From a phage, in assembly GCA_019338205.1 (NCBI GenBank), contig GCA_019338205.1_4761.1: a stretch of 64,000 nucleotides of DNA. One strand, 5' to 3'. The notes under the pieces are model-generated. The model saw nothing but the letters and a program-made list of their open reading frames with translations, searched no databases and was not told where the DNA came from. How positions within the stretch are numbered: the first letter of the stretch is position 1; each line of letters starts with the position of its first letter. Shown here in pieces: positions 31,049 through 42,339 of the stretch. A program made the translations under genes and the position numbers.

Positions 31049-31888
31049 TTAAATGTCAAACAAATCTGAGAGCGTCCCAGACTCGCTTTCCTGTTTCGGT
31101 AAGGTAATCTCCTTACTTTCTTCTATTTGTTCGTTAGGACGTGATTTAGGCGCTTCTACGGCTTCTTTCTCGTAATACCGAACCTCAACCACTTCCGTTA
31201 AAACGTTGGTACTATGCCATTCATCGCGATAGATTGATGTATCGATCCCACATCCGGCATAAGTCACCAAACCAGTTTGTTTGCTCCATTTTAGATATTT
31301 ATTAGACTTCATGGTCCCGTCATAATAAGGTCTGCCGGAATAGGCAAAACCAGCGGAACCAGTAGGAACAATAAAATAACCTACATCGGCAAACTTCTGG
31401 CCTAATGTCATAACCTTAAATTCAAATTCGCCGCCAGTGTACTCAAATACATCCTTTGTGTCGGTTGTATTGATTTTCCCGAAAGGTGGATTGCTGATCA
31501 CCACATCGAATTTTTCGTTTGACTCAAATTCGAATACATCGCTGGTGATCCATTCTGCCTCCGGTAATAGTCTCTTGCCAATACGCGCAAATTCTGGATT
31601 GAGTTCGACGCATACGATCTTTTCTGGCTTACAACGATGTAACATACAAAAAGATAAGCGACCGATCCCAGCACAAAGATCTAATACTTTTCCTGTGCAA
31701 TGTGCATCGATGGTAAAATCCCATGCAAGCCCTTCTGGGGTAAAGAATGCACCTGAACCGCCTAGACCATCGCCATGATAGTTATTATAGCAAAATTCTT
31801 TTTCTTCATATGTCAATGGGCGATCTGAATTAATTAACTCCATCACCCGATCGTGTAATTTTTGTTCTTGTTTAGAAAGTCGTGCCAT
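31049..31888 (-). CDS. SAM-dependent methyltransferase, N6-adenine DNA MTase-like (279 aa)
   Basis: Motif X-like AFFTPEGLA, motif I VLDLCAGIGRLS, motif IV VISNPPFG in that order (gamma-like); not found between genes 8 and 9 in T4. Confidence 0.55.
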   Translation of the reverse strand: MARLSKQEQKLHDRVMELINSDRPLTYEEKEFCYNNYHGDGLGGSGAFFTPEGLAWDFTIDAHCTGKVLDLCAGIGRLSFCMLHRCKPEKIVCVELNPEFARIGKRLLPEAEWITSDVFEFESNEKFDVVISNPPFGKINTTDTKDVFEYTGGEFEFKVMTLGQKFADVGYFIVPTGSAGFAYSGRPYYDGTMKSNKYLKWSKQTGLVTYAGCGIDTSIYRDEWHSTNVLTEVVEVRYYEKEAVEAPKSRPNEQIEESKEITLPKQESESGTLSDLFDI

Positions 31889-32220
31889 TATTTAACCTTT
31901 GCTGTGACGGTAACGCTATGTCCCAAATAAACATGAGACATAAAGAACACAAAGTTTTTAAATTGCGGATTCTTACGAATCCATCGTTTCAATTTTCGAA
32001 TGCAAGTTATACGATGATCATAATTAGAATAACTAAATTCAATACCCTGTTTCATCATCTCGTGCATTTCTTCGTATGTGTGCCATTGGTTATCATGTTT
32101 ACAAAACCAATGAGTACCATAGAGTTTAGGATCTTGTGCACGTAGACCATAGTAATGCTTTTGCATTGGGAACTTAGCTTTATTCATTGTATAATGCAGT
32201 TTAATATTTACGCGTGCCAT
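31888..32220 (-). CDS. hypothetical protein (110 aa), co-transcribed with the MTase
   Basis: Stop overlaps MTase start (ATGA); His/Tyr/Trp-rich; no motif recognised. Confidence 0.4.
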   Translation of the reverse strand: MARVNIKLHYTMNKAKFPMQKHYYGLRAQDPKLYGTHWFCKHDNQWHTYEEMHEMMKQGIEFSYSNYDHRITCIRKLKRWIRKNPQFKNFVFFMSHVYLGHSVTVTAKVK

Positions 32221-32465
32221 TTTCTAGTTCCCCACATACCGAAAGTTGGATTATACACAAAATAGATAGCTTCGTCGATAGTCTTGAATCGTTTAGTGTC
32301 ATTCATGAAGTTGATACCCTCCCATAGTTCATCGGTGTAATCGGCTAGTGATGAATGAGTATGATCGATGATCTCTCCAATCTTTTCACCGTTCGCGATC
32401 ACATCCCAACCGCAAGGGGATACCTGAATTGCTTCACAATTATCTGTAAATTTACGACGTGCCAT
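32208..32465 (-). CDS. hypothetical protein (85 aa), first gene of inserted cassette
   Basis: Strong RBS GGAGG; overlaps next ORF by 13 nt. Confidence 0.4.
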   Translation of the reverse strand: MARRKFTDNCEAIQVSPCGWDVIANGEKIGEIIDHTHSSLADYTDELWEGINFMNDTKRFKTIDEAIYFVYNPTFGMWGTRKWHA

Positions 32466-32575
32466 AATTTATCCTCCGTTGTTTAGATGTGTGTATTATA
32501 CCTTACCAAATAAGATTGTCAACACCAAAAATGGAAAAAGCCAACTCTCTCGAATTGGCTTTTAAAATCATACAC

Positions 32576-33571
32576 TTAGAACTCAAACAATACAGAAACA
32601 AGTTCTGTTTGATCTAATGACCGAACGATAGGTTGTCGGTTTTCCATGTAGATCATTTCGCCTGAGTGTGGCTCTAAGTCTTGCGGTCGGTACTTATCTT
32701 TGACCGCTTTAACGTCTGGATCGCTAGGGCGTGCTTTCTTTTCCAATGGGTTAAGGATAATGCTTAACTGACGGAAACCAGTATTACCCACTAACGCGGT
32801 AGTTGGGAATTGCGCAGAGTCCATATAAGCCTGAAAACGCAAAGTTACTACTTTCAGCCGATAAAGCAGATTATAGTCATTATACCAGGTGATCACATTG
32901 TCATAGCCCCAACGCGCCGGATCTTGTCGCAGTTCATCGGGGAACGGTACAACAATATGTTCATTGGTGCAACGGTTGATCGCCGCATCAGGTGGAATTG
33001 TGTACAGATATTCCCAACGATACCCATCACCCATATCAATAGAATCGCCCTTTCCTACAGGTGGCGCAATTGATTCATGAGTAGGTGTCCACTTTCCGCC
33101 CAACTTCAAACACTCTACTTTAGCGTCAATGCTTGAAATCGAGCAGTAACCGCGATCAGGAACATCGGTTACGCGATACACCATCCAGCCGCTACCAACA
33201 TCAGTTCGGTTATATGGTGCTGAGTTTACGACAACAATGTCATTGATAAAGAACGTGCGCGGGTTATCCTGTCCGGTATCACCCCAGTCTTTACGAGGGA
33301 TAACCGCATCAAGAAGTGATTTGTTAATCTTAACCGCCCCCATCATATGGGTCCACATGTCAACAACACCAGCCGTTGAATCGGTCGGATAAGGTGGGGC
33401 AAAGCCCACCTCTTTTTCGTTTTCTGACCACGGCTCCGAACGTCCAAACGTTCCATAAATTGTAATTTGATTTGCTCCATCGCCTACAGAATTATAGAAA
33501 TTCAGAAGTTTTTCCGTTCTGAATTGACTAGTAATGATTGAGCGATAGATCACACTATTTTCATTAGCCAT
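32576..33571 (-). CDS. 8: baseplate wedge protein gp8
   Basis: 331 aa (T4 gp8 334 aa); synteny; start overlaps gp7 stop. Confidence 0.75.
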   Translation of the reverse strand: MANENSVIYRSIITSQFRTEKLLNFYNSVGDGANQITIYGTFGRSEPWSENEKEVGFAPPYPTDSTAGVVDMWTHMMGAVKINKSLLDAVIPRKDWGDTGQDNPRTFFINDIVVVNSAPYNRTDVGSGWMVYRVTDVPDRGYCSISSIDAKVECLKLGGKWTPTHESIAPPVGKGDSIDMGDGYRWEYLYTIPPDAAINRCTNEHIVVPFPDELRQDPARWGYDNVITWYNDYNLLYRLKVVTLRFQAYMDSAQFPTTALVGNTGFRQLSIILNPLEKKARPSDPDVKAVKDKYRPQDLEPHSGEMIYMENRQPIVRSLDQTELVSVLFEF

Positions 33572-36500
33572 TAATTTTCCTCTGTGTCGGATTCTTCGGA
33601 TCGCGTGGATTCCCTATATTATCCTTCAACCGTTTATCTACAAGTTCACGGAACATAGAGAATGTTACCGCCGACTGGTCAAACAGTGGACTCATTGCAA
33701 ATCTTCGTTCGCTTGCTTTAAGTCCGTGGAACAATTCGCTGTTCTCCTGATCATATTCAGGGGGAACCGGAAATTCTTCACCAATTAAAGGTGAAGTCAA
33801 ATATAATGCTTTTCCGGTAAGCGGGTCAATCTTAATATTTCCATCAACATCAAGATCAGCAACACGATCAGGATACACGCTAGGCAATCCGCTGTCAAAC
33901 TTATAATTTTTCAGAGATTGAATTATAGTCTCGGTGTGCTTCATGCTCAACCCGCTGTTAATGAACATCGTAAGCAGGGTAACACCGATAAACCCAAAGC
34001 CGACAGGATGAACGAATCGCATTACATCATTTGCATAGCGCGAAACTGGCAATGCGCTTTTAATCTTCATGGTGTATTGGCTTCGTGAGCGGTTGATATA
34101 GTCGATTGAACTACTCAACAACTCTTTACCACGCACACCAACAAGGATCATCCCTTCAAACGCTGTTTTCTCTGATTTGATCACTTGACCTTCTTCGAAC
34201 CGCCCGATCAGGTTATGAATGGTTACTCGCCAGCGTAGGCGACCACCTTCATATTCCCTTTCAAGATACGTCACGTTAGCCCGTCCGGTTGGAGTATAAA
34301 TCGTGCGACCTACGATATCCTCGTCAATGTTCGTTGAACTAACAACAATATCATACTCTAGTCCGGCTTGTGATTCAACCTCAATTTCCACATCTTCATT
34401 ATAAAGTAACTTAAACAAGAACTTATAAGAAGCCTCCACGCCCTTAGTGGAATAAAAATCTGATTTGCGGGATTCAAAGAATCTTACTACCGCATCTCGC
34501 TTGTTTTTATCTGCATAGATGTTTCGTTTGTTCATCTCTGACCAAAGATACTCATATGCATCTTGCTCGCGTGGATATTTGTTTTTAATCAGATTTTTTA
34601 GTTTATTATAATATGTTCCTGAACCATCACTTAAGAATTGCAGATAATATTCAGAGAATTTTCTGAAATTTTCGTTCTCAAGCAAAAAGCTATCCGGTGT
34701 CATCTTATTCAGTAAAGGCCGCAAATCTGGATCTTGCTCTCGATCGTAGTGAACCGGAACCCAGGGAACCTCTCGGACCTGATTTTGCAGTTCAGCAACA
34801 AATGCTACATTTGTAGGCTTCCAATATACACCAACCTGATCACGAACGCGATAGTTAAATTGATAGAATCCTATGATCTCTCCTGTGTTTTTATGGAACA
34901 TTACACCGGATGCATATTGTTTGAATCCTTCAAATTTAACATTGTTAAGATAACAGGTCACGGTCCCTTTATCATAAACTTCTCGGTTGACCCTATTTTG
35001 GTCAAGAATGCCAGATGTATCAACTTCTTGAGTGTAGATAACCTCTGGATAAACAACCAACGGGCGATTATCATTTGTGATCCACACACGGACACCGTTT
35101 CGACGCATCCATGTATAATCGGCCTCATTATAATACGCTTGCGGTCCTAACTCCCAAATACGCAAATCATCATAACTTGCTCTGAAAGTAGTTTGATGTA
35201 TTTTCTTATCAGTTAGATAAGTTGGCTCCTGAGAATATTTTACAGCTTCGCCCAATTCATATTTCGCGGCAGTTTCTGGATCAGGTAAAATGCTTTCGAA
35301 GTGATGATTATAATGGCTTATGAACACCTCATCACCATTGGTTGACATATTACTGAACCCATGCTGAATATATTCCCTTTCCTGCGGAGTGTTGCCAAAT
35401 ACTCTCTGAAAAGACAGACCATCACTCCCTATCAAGTATACACCCGCATCATCTGACGGAACAACGTTTTCTGGTTTAGTTGGATCTTGATAACGCTGTT
35501 TAACTTCACCAGTAACAAATACAAGCAATTTACCGTCGATCACATCCATTTTCTGAATGACAGCTTTATCATTTCCTGTTACTCGAATAACATCAGGATC
35601 GAATATTTTTTCGCCAAACGTAGGCGAACCCTGTACGGTATCAACTGGAGTATTCTTAAGACGAATCCGGCGAATAACATCCTTAGCACCAACCCACAAA
35701 TAGTCATCACTACATGCCATAGCTTCGGCGTATTTTGTGGTGTCCCCTGTTAATCTGGAAAATACACCAAAGACCTCAACGTCAAAGCCTAAATCGTTCT
35801 CGTCACCAACCTTTGCAAAAGTGATCGTATCATCACTAAATCGAACATCGTCCGCGCTCCATCGAGTATCGCTCGCTTGTCGTCCGTAAAAGATTCGATC
35901 ATATCCTAAAACGTAAGTAGTGGTTTTAGACTGATAAACGCATGTACGGGAAACCGGATTGCCTACACGGTCATTAAAAGCCTTGTATGCTTTCCATGAT
36001 TGGCCTTTATCGTTCGACACCTTCACAATCGGCTGGAACCGTTCGAAAAGGTACAAAACACCGTTCATTTCCGCTAACATAGTGCGGTTTATATCAGTAC
36101 AAACTTTTTCTATGTGGTCCTGTATTTCATGAAAGTTCTCATCAACTACAATGTAGTTTGAGATATTTGTCATGTTTGCATATTCAGGACTAAAGACAAA
36201 ATCTTCCTTCATCAATGATGCTTGAATCAGGTCAGTATTAAACTTGACATACTCTCGATTATCGTATGTAAATTTTTCCTTTATAAACTCGTTTGCAAGG
36301 TTGAACTCTCGCATCATAGAAAAATTATATGCGTTTGTTTTAAATGTCTGAAACTCTTCTGTCTCAACCCATTTACTTTGTTCAAATCCTTCTGCGGCTA
36401 CTGCTACACGAAACTTGTAATAATATTCTGGAAAAAGGTTTTTATCCTCAAACCAGTTTTGGTCGGCAGTATATCCCAGGTTTACCCAGCTTAACTCATC

Positions 36501-36650
36501 GACGGGGATGATCTCCCCGTCTCGTGTTCTGGTTTCGGCTAACTCCACAAAATAAAAGAAGTTTTCGCCTACGTCATCCCATGTGATATACGCCTGATTA
36601 GCAGACAATTTTTCTATTGTCAAGCTAGTTACACTAGGCGCTTTAATCAT
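33564..36650 (-). CDS. 7: baseplate wedge initiator gp7
   Basis: 1028 aa (T4 gp7 1032 aa); synteny. Confidence 0.85.
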   Translation of the reverse strand: MIKAPSVTSLTIEKLSANQAYITWDDVGENFFYFVELAETRTRDGEIIPVDELSWVNLGYTADQNWFEDKNLFPEYYYKFRVAVAAEGFEQSKWVETEEFQTFKTNAYNFSMMREFNLANEFIKEKFTYDNREYVKFNTDLIQASLMKEDFVFSPEYANMTNISNYIVVDENFHEIQDHIEKVCTDINRTMLAEMNGVLYLFERFQPIVKVSNDKGQSWKAYKAFNDRVGNPVSRTCVYQSKTTTYVLGYDRIFYGRQASDTRWSADDVRFSDDTITFAKVGDENDLGFDVEVFGVFSRLTGDTTKYAEAMACSDDYLWVGAKDVIRRIRLKNTPVDTVQGSPTFGEKIFDPDVIRVTGNDKAVIQKMDVIDGKLLVFVTGEVKQRYQDPTKPENVVPSDDAGVYLIGSDGLSFQRVFGNTPQEREYIQHGFSNMSTNGDEVFISHYNHHFESILPDPETAAKYELGEAVKYSQEPTYLTDKKIHQTTFRASYDDLRIWELGPQAYYNEADYTWMRRNGVRVWITNDNRPLVVYPEVIYTQEVDTSGILDQNRVNREVYDKGTVTCYLNNVKFEGFKQYASGVMFHKNTGEIIGFYQFNYRVRDQVGVYWKPTNVAFVAELQNQVREVPWVPVHYDREQDPDLRPLLNKMTPDSFLLENENFRKFSEYYLQFLSDGSGTYYNKLKNLIKNKYPREQDAYEYLWSEMNKRNIYADKNKRDAVVRFFESRKSDFYSTKGVEASYKFLFKLLYNEDVEIEVESQAGLEYDIVVSSTNIDEDIVGRTIYTPTGRANVTYLEREYEGGRLRWRVTIHNLIGRFEEGQVIKSEKTAFEGMILVGVRGKELLSSSIDYINRSRSQYTMKIKSALPVSRYANDVMRFVHPVGFGFIGVTLLTMFINSGLSMKHTETIIQSLKNYKFDSGLPSVYPDRVADLDVDGNIKIDPLTGKALYLTSPLIGEEFPVPPEYDQENSELFHGLKASERRFAMSPLFDQSAVTFSMFRELVDKRLKDNIGNPRDPKNPTQRKING

Positions 36651-38551
36651 TGAGCAATTGCCTCCAGACTAATAGTTGTGTACTGAGGACGGAGATCGTT
36701 TTCAAACACGATCAAAGAACCGTCTTTAGTAAAGATGTTATCAGCAATCGGTTTAGCTATCAACTCAATATATGAACCAGTAAAGCGATCGCTATTGATA
36801 TTCAGTTTACCCAGATCCCATGAAATAAGGTCTTCATAATGCTGAACCTCTCCAACCTCAAAGTATAGGTCCGCACCGTCGATAACCTCTTTATCAAAAT
36901 CAGTGCCGGAATAGTGCGGTAAAGCGATTGCAGAACCAACAGGGAAAGGTCCAACCAGCAATTTAGCTAAACCGGATTCTTTGTTCATTTCTGTACTTAC
37001 ATAATGGATCGGATATTGCTTGTCGTCCTTTTCGAAGTTGAACGAACTAGACTTGATTCCGCTCTTATACTGGTTTAAAAACTTGATTCCGGCCATAGGT
37101 GCTTTATAGAAGTTGTCGATCTCTCGAACCATCTCGATTTCTGCACTAGAACCTATCACAGATACATCAGCTTTGTCAATACGAGCAAGCATTTTAGACT
37201 TACTAAATGTCTGGTTAAAAATTTCCACTTCGTCGGTATAATATGCATCAATCTGATCAATAACCGCACCGCGCAACCACTGCTCTGATTCTGACAAGTC
37301 ATTGATTGAATAGGAAACTTTAATATTCTGTTTAATATACAGATAGTTAGGGTCAATGATGCTCGGCGTGATAGGGGCAAGATTATATTTTGCCAGATAA
37401 TCCCGCATATCTTCTTTTTGAACAGTTGTCAAACGCAAGCCAGATTTAGGCTTAACAGCAACAAAAGCATAACCCGGTTTTTCTCGGTCGGTGAAACATT
37501 GTACCGCCTGAACAATACTACCAAAACGGCTAGACACAAAAGCCTCATAGTCGGAAGCAGTTACACAACGACGCTGAGATTCACGCATTACCGGAGCAAG
37601 TTCACGGATACGTTCGATTGATTCAGGATCACCACCACCATCTGCACCGACATAATCACGATCATTTGTCGGATTCTCAATAATTTTAACAATAGAGATA
37701 GATGCAAGGGTATCCGCATATGTAAAATTAACTGAACCGTTTGCTTCCGCGCCCTTAGTGCTAATATATTCGATAACAATATTAGCACCAGTTGACGGCT
37801 TAAGTCCACCAATATAATTTGCTTCCAGCGCCCCGCCAGCAGCAGATAAAGTTGATTCACCTTCACCAAAGAAGATTTCTGTATGACCGTCTACGGTTTC
37901 ACGCATATAGAAAATATTACTAGCGCCAGTTGCATTAACAATACTTTCTCGCGTCCAGTCTTTCCATTCAGCACCGTCTACCCACAACTTAACCTGAGCG
38001 CGGTCAATATCTGGATCGCGGATCAGAATTTGTTTCTTCGGATCAAATAACATTTCTGTACGAACAATACGACCTTGCGCGACTTTAAGCATAGGAGTAT
38101 ATAAACCATTTGAACCTAAAACGCTCACAACGTCTTCTGTAGTAACAAACGGATAAGACGTCTGGTGGTCCACACTTGCAATAAATTTAGTTCCTCGTGG
38201 GATTCGAATACTTGCCGGATTTCGCGGATGTGTTACGTGCAACATAATTGTAGTCGATGCACTAGTTTTACTTGCTGGCAAATATCCTAAATCTTGCGCG
38301 GCTTGAACAACTGAACTACGCTTAATTGCCGTTCTGATAAAAGATTCATATAGAGCGGCGTTGGCGAATTGCTGAATATAAAGGGTATTATATGCGAGCA
38401 AGTCCATCAATACGTTAATACCAGCACCATTAAAATCAAAATCTTTAAATTCTTCCTGGTTTCTCATCCAGTCTGTTAATGTGCTTTTAATTTCATCAAA
38501 CGTAGCAGCATTAAAAATATCAGGAATTTGTGTAATCTTTTGCTTTGTCAT
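36647..38551 (-). CDS. 6: baseplate wedge protein gp6
   Basis: 634 aa; synteny, overlaps gp7 start. Confidence 0.85.
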   Translation of the reverse strand: MTKQKITQIPDIFNAATFDEIKSTLTDWMRNQEEFKDFDFNGAGINVLMDLLAYNTLYIQQFANAALYESFIRTAIKRSSVVQAAQDLGYLPASKTSASTTIMLHVTHPRNPASIRIPRGTKFIASVDHQTSYPFVTTEDVVSVLGSNGLYTPMLKVAQGRIVRTEMLFDPKKQILIRDPDIDRAQVKLWVDGAEWKDWTRESIVNATGASNIFYMRETVDGHTEIFFGEGESTLSAAGGALEANYIGGLKPSTGANIVIEYISTKGAEANGSVNFTYADTLASISIVKIIENPTNDRDYVGADGGGDPESIERIRELAPVMRESQRRCVTASDYEAFVSSRFGSIVQAVQCFTDREKPGYAFVAVKPKSGLRLTTVQKEDMRDYLAKYNLAPITPSIIDPNYLYIKQNIKVSYSINDLSESEQWLRGAVIDQIDAYYTDEVEIFNQTFSKSKMLARIDKADVSVIGSSAEIEMVREIDNFYKAPMAGIKFLNQYKSGIKSSSFNFEKDDKQYPIHYVSTEMNKESGLAKLLVGPFPVGSAIALPHYSGTDFDKEVIDGADLYFEVGEVQHYEDLISWDLGKLNINSDRFTGSYIELIAKPIADNIFTKDGSLIVFENDLRPQYTTISLEAIAQ

Positions 38552-38841
38552 TTTATGAATACCTTCGGTGATGCCATAGCGACGGTATCGCCACAGCTAA
38601 TACGATCTGCCATTTGAATTGCTTTCTTTCCGGTAACAAATACTTTCGGGGTACTGGCGACCGTAGTTCCCCCGTGTGTATCATAAGGCTTTGTTGTTTT
38701 TGTATGTGGTGTAATTGGGTCTCCTTCGACTAATACAGGGATACCCTCAACAAATACCTTAGATTGAGTTGCATTAATTATTGTCGGACCGTAATTACCA
38801 TGTCCAGTAGTTTTTGCTTTGTCATATGATAAACCAGCCAT
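38548..38841 (-). CDS. 5.4: PAAR-repeat spike tip protein, gp5.4-like (97 aa)
   Basis: Start set at internal ATG 38841 (MAGLSYDK...) to avoid overlap with HNH gene; small beta-rich Gly/Thr/Val protein with the size of T4 gp5.4, directly upstream of gp6. Confidence 0.7.
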   Translation of the reverse strand: MAGLSYDKAKTTGHGNYGPTIINATQSKVFVEGIPVLVEGDPITPHTKTTKPYDTHGGTTVASTPKVFVTGKKAIQMADRISCGDTVAMASPKVFIK

Positions 38842-38854
38842 CAAAACCCCATCT

Positions 38855-39394
38855 TCATACATCGTTTAATTTGTTAACTTTTGAATCTCTAGATAATGCA
38901 GCGGTGTTATAGGCAATCGCAGCGTCAATTTCATTATCAAATAGACCTAAACGGATTCGTTTTCCATTGGCTCTAATTCTAGCTTCCCACTTTTTGGAAT
39001 TTTTATTCCAATTAACACCAATATATGAAGATGTGCAATCGGATTGTTTATTTTGGTTGTACATTTGTTGAGTAACGGTTGCTGGTCTTAAATTGCTAAC
39101 TCGGTCGTCAAGGGAGTTTGTGTTAATATGATCTATTTGTAGTGGTTTTCTCGGAGTGTGTCCGTGATGCATATGATAAACAACATGAGACCTCTGAAAC
39201 TCTTTACCATCAACAGCAAGTCTCCAATATCTATATCCACATGGATTTATCTTCAATCCACCAACTAGACTTCCGGCTTTAGAACGTCCACGAGAGAACC
39301 TTCTATAAACCTTTCCGTCAACTTCATAAAATAGTTCATGTAGTCTATTATATAAAATTTCATCTTCTTTGGTGTAATGAATTACTTCAATCAT
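38855..39394 (-). CDS. HNH homing endonuclease with C-terminal AP2 DNA-binding domain
   Basis: HNH core ...[35 protein letters not shown]...; AP2-like [40 protein letters not shown]; RBS GAGGG before ATG 39394; inserted between 5.1 and 5.4. Confidence 0.8.
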   Translation of the reverse strand: MIEVIHYTKEDEILYNRLHELFYEVDGKVYRRFSRGRSKAGSLVGGLKINPCGYRYWRLAVDGKEFQRSHVVYHMHHGHTPRKPLQIDHINTNSLDDRVSNLRPATVTQQMYNQNKQSDCTSSYIGVNWNKNSKKWEARIRANGKRIRLGLFDNEIDAAIAYNTAALSRDSKVNKLNDV

Positions 39395-39395
39395 A

Positions 39396-39965
39396 TTATC
39401 CCTCACTTCTTCTAACATAATCTCTTAACTGTTTACTCCACACATCCCAATTTCCAAAAACGGTTTGAGTATAAACTTTCTCTATTGTGTGTTCGGTTAC
39501 TACCGGAGGCGGATTAGTTTCACCAGCACCCTCTCGGCTACTGGAACCACCACTATTTCCTTCACCAGAACCACCAGAAGACTCTGAAACAGATTGGATA
39601 TAGGTTAGGGTTACTTTATAAGTATAAACCTCCTGTAGACGTGTAGGAGCGTTAAAATAATATAGATCTGCGGTAGTTGGATCTGGTAAATCATCAAAAC
39701 TTCCGGCAGATTTTTTAATTCTATCTTTCGTTATATATTTAAGAGAATCCGCGCCAAGCGAAAAACTATCCAGATACTCACCAGATATTTTAGTTTCTTC
39801 AACGGTAACGCCCTTATTAGGGCGATACTCGCTGATCTTAAACTCTTTAATCGTGTATGTGGTATTTGCATCTGGTGGCGTTGCTTTATAAGAGAACACC
39901 ACCTCAAAGATTTCTCGCTCGCTGATATCCTCCAATTTTGAACTCATCGGAAGAATTTCAACCAT
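39396..39965 (-). CDS. conserved hypothetical protein, gp5.1 position (189 aa)
   Basis: Immediately downstream of gp5; Gly/Ser-rich linker SESSGGSGEGNSGGSSS; assignment by position only. Confidence 0.45.
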   Translation of the reverse strand: MVEILPMSSKLEDISEREIFEVVFSYKATPPDANTTYTIKEFKISEYRPNKGVTVEETKISGEYLDSFSLGADSLKYITKDRIKKSAGSFDDLPDPTTADLYYFNAPTRLQEVYTYKVTLTYIQSVSESSGGSGEGNSGGSSSREGAGETNPPPVVTEHTIEKVYTQTVFGNWDVWSKQLRDYVRRSEG

Positions 39966-39973
39966 TAGTTACC

Positions 39974-41773
39974 TCACCCAAGATCAATACGGCTACCATC
40001 AATTTTAACTGTACCAGATGCAATATCTTTAACGCTTGCACCACAATTACGGGACCAGTCACCATTAACCTGATCTGATTTAGTGCCATTGACGGTCATA
40101 TTAAAATTACCCTCAACGGTTAAATCATAGTTACCTTTAATTGTTTCGGTAGTGTTACCCTCGATCATTAATTCAGCATTACCCTTGACGTTAGCCGTCA
40201 AATTGGCGTCAAGCTGCGCGGTAACATCACCTACAACATGCATATTTGCAGTACCTTCAACGGTCTGATTAACATTGCCACGAATAAATTCAGTGACGTT
40301 ACCATCAACGGTTTGCATCACATTACCCATATAATAAACTTGCGCGTCACCTTCAACAACAACTTGCAGATTGCCTTTAACGTTGACTTTGCGACCTTGC
40401 TTAACGATCAAATAATCATCACCTTCAATCTTTTCTACCCTCGTTCCGTCCGGTCTGGTTTCTTCAAATGTACCAGAAGGATGTTTACGATGATAACGCT
40501 CGTGAGAAGGAGTATCATCAATCTCGATAATATGACCGCTCTCTGACTCGTACACATGGTTATATGGATACCTTGCAGAATACGAACTCTTAGGCTCTTT
40601 AAACATGATTCGTGTGTCTTGTGGGGTAAACGGTGCTTCTGGGTCTTCTTCTGCTCTCTGCGTCTTATAGGCAGCAATACGGGCATTTCTCAAACGTGCT
40701 CTCGGATCATCTGAAACAGTTTCCTCTTTCTTAGGAGCAATTACGCCATATGATTCTAAGTTGCCAGTAAGAATAATTTTAGAAACACGGCTGGAGCGTC
40801 CTGGAGTTTGATTAGCCCATACTGATTGACGTAATCCATCATAGGCTTGTTTCCATTCTTCCGCTAACATCGCAGCAAGACTATTCTTAAATTTACCCAA
40901 TCCACCAACGCCCATTTGAAACGCCATATTTTCTAATGCCATACGACGTGAGGCATTACATTTATTATAGACAGGTGCAATTCGTGGATGTTTGCGCATA
41001 TCACGACGAGTCTTTTCTATATCGTCAGCAAATACTTTACTAACTTCTTCGGCGGTAAGTCTTCCGTTTGTAACTTCACGCCCTACCAGCTTAGAAAGTT
41101 CATTATTGATAATACCCAGATCACTGGTTTTCTTATAAATGATCAAATGCCCGATGCCTATTGTCGGATATCCTTCTGAATCAAGATACCATTTCTCGCG
41201 ATATCCCTCATCGCCCCGCAGCATTTTTTCTATTGTAAAATCAGGATTATCATCAACCGGAATTTGGTCTAATGGCTCGTCGTCTGGATTTACTGCAACT
41301 CCAGTGTTTTCATCTCGAATATAGACACTATCAGGTTTTGTTGTTTGTCCGGTTTCTGGGTTAATACCGCCACGAGCAAGAATATTAACATCATTACCAA
41401 TATAACGAGGATATGCACCAGAAGGGTCGCAAAAACCTTCTGTAGTGAGTGGTTTCTCTGTATATTGTCCGGCAATAGTACCCAGAATAACGCAGTTTAA
41501 ATAACGTTCATCTAAAGCCAAACCAAATACCATTGAACCTTCAACAATACCAGTAGGGCTTTGACCTATACCGGAGATCGCCGCGCTTGTAATATCTTGT
41601 ACTGGCGTAATCCATAATAGATCTTCGGTTGGAAGACCTTGAATGTCACCGTGTGCGGATAGCGAAGGATGTATACCATGAATCCTAACCTGAACACGCC
41701 CCAGCATTAATGGGTCTTCCCTGTTTTCTACAATTCCGGTAAACCATTTAACGGAGTTATTAAACATTAGCAT
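39974..41773 (-). CDS. 5: baseplate hub / cell-puncturing protein gp5 with lysozyme domain
   Basis: 599 aa; OB-fold-like N-terminus, central T4-lysozyme-like domain (GYPTIGIGHLI), C-terminal VxGxxxxxN beta-helix repeats. Confidence 0.9.
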   Translation of the reverse strand: MLMFNNSVKWFTGIVENREDPLMLGRVQVRIHGIHPSLSAHGDIQGLPTEDLLWITPVQDITSAAISGIGQSPTGIVEGSMVFGLALDERYLNCVILGTIAGQYTEKPLTTEGFCDPSGAYPRYIGNDVNILARGGINPETGQTTKPDSVYIRDENTGVAVNPDDEPLDQIPVDDNPDFTIEKMLRGDEGYREKWYLDSEGYPTIGIGHLIIYKKTSDLGIINNELSKLVGREVTNGRLTAEEVSKVFADDIEKTRRDMRKHPRIAPVYNKCNASRRMALENMAFQMGVGGLGKFKNSLAAMLAEEWKQAYDGLRQSVWANQTPGRSSRVSKIILTGNLESYGVIAPKKEETVSDDPRARLRNARIAAYKTQRAEEDPEAPFTPQDTRIMFKEPKSSYSARYPYNHVYESESGHIIEIDDTPSHERYHRKHPSGTFEETRPDGTRVEKIEGDDYLIVKQGRKVNVKGNLQVVVEGDAQVYYMGNVMQTVDGNVTEFIRGNVNQTVEGTANMHVVGDVTAQLDANLTANVKGNAELMIEGNTTETIKGNYDLTVEGNFNMTVNGTKSDQVNGDWSRNCGASVKDIASGTVKIDGSRIDLG

Positions 41774-41784
41774 AATTAATCACC

Positions 41785-42339
41785 TTACACATCAGCCTTT
41801 TCCATTTCTCGAATGAATGCGTTAATAAATTGTTTAATTTGTGTAGGGTCTATGATCTTGATCTTGCGTCGTTCCTCATTGCGGAGGATCGCATCTTCCA
41901 GTGTGTCTACCGCCGATAATGCACCTTGAAACTGCAAATGACGATGATGAATATCCCCTTTATCATACCAATTGCTTGATCCTTTCGGATATTCTGTAAG
42001 ATTCCAATACTTGTTTCCGTCAATATCAACATGGTATAATACTTGATTTCCTCCTACATTTGCATATCGTTGTTCGGCTGATTCATATGCTGTCTCTTGA
42101 TCGGTGATCCAGTCATGAAACGGATCGTATACGTCATTAAGCATCAGCAAGATCCAGTAAAGTTGTTGGTTTCCGTATACTTCATATGCAACTTGTTCCG
42201 GTCGTGGACTACCTTGAATGTAATATGTTTGTATGTTATAATCAGAAATTATTGCGTTGAAATATGCGCGGTAATTGCGCACAATGTCAGTAATCATCTT
42301 GCCGTTGTATTCAATGGCAGGGAAGAAAGAAAAGAGCAT
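41785..42339 (-). CDS. 53: baseplate wedge protein gp53-like
   Basis: 184 aa (T4 gp53 196 aa); immediately upstream of gp5 on same strand. Confidence 0.6.
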   Translation of the reverse strand: MLFSFFPAIEYNGKMITDIVRNYRAYFNAIISDYNIQTYYIQGSPRPEQVAYEVYGNQQLYWILLMLNDVYDPFHDWITDQETAYESAEQRYANVGGNQVLYHVDIDGNKYWNLTEYPKGSSNWYDKGDIHHRHLQFQGALSAVDTLEDAILRNEERRKIKIIDPTQIKQFINAFIREMEKADV

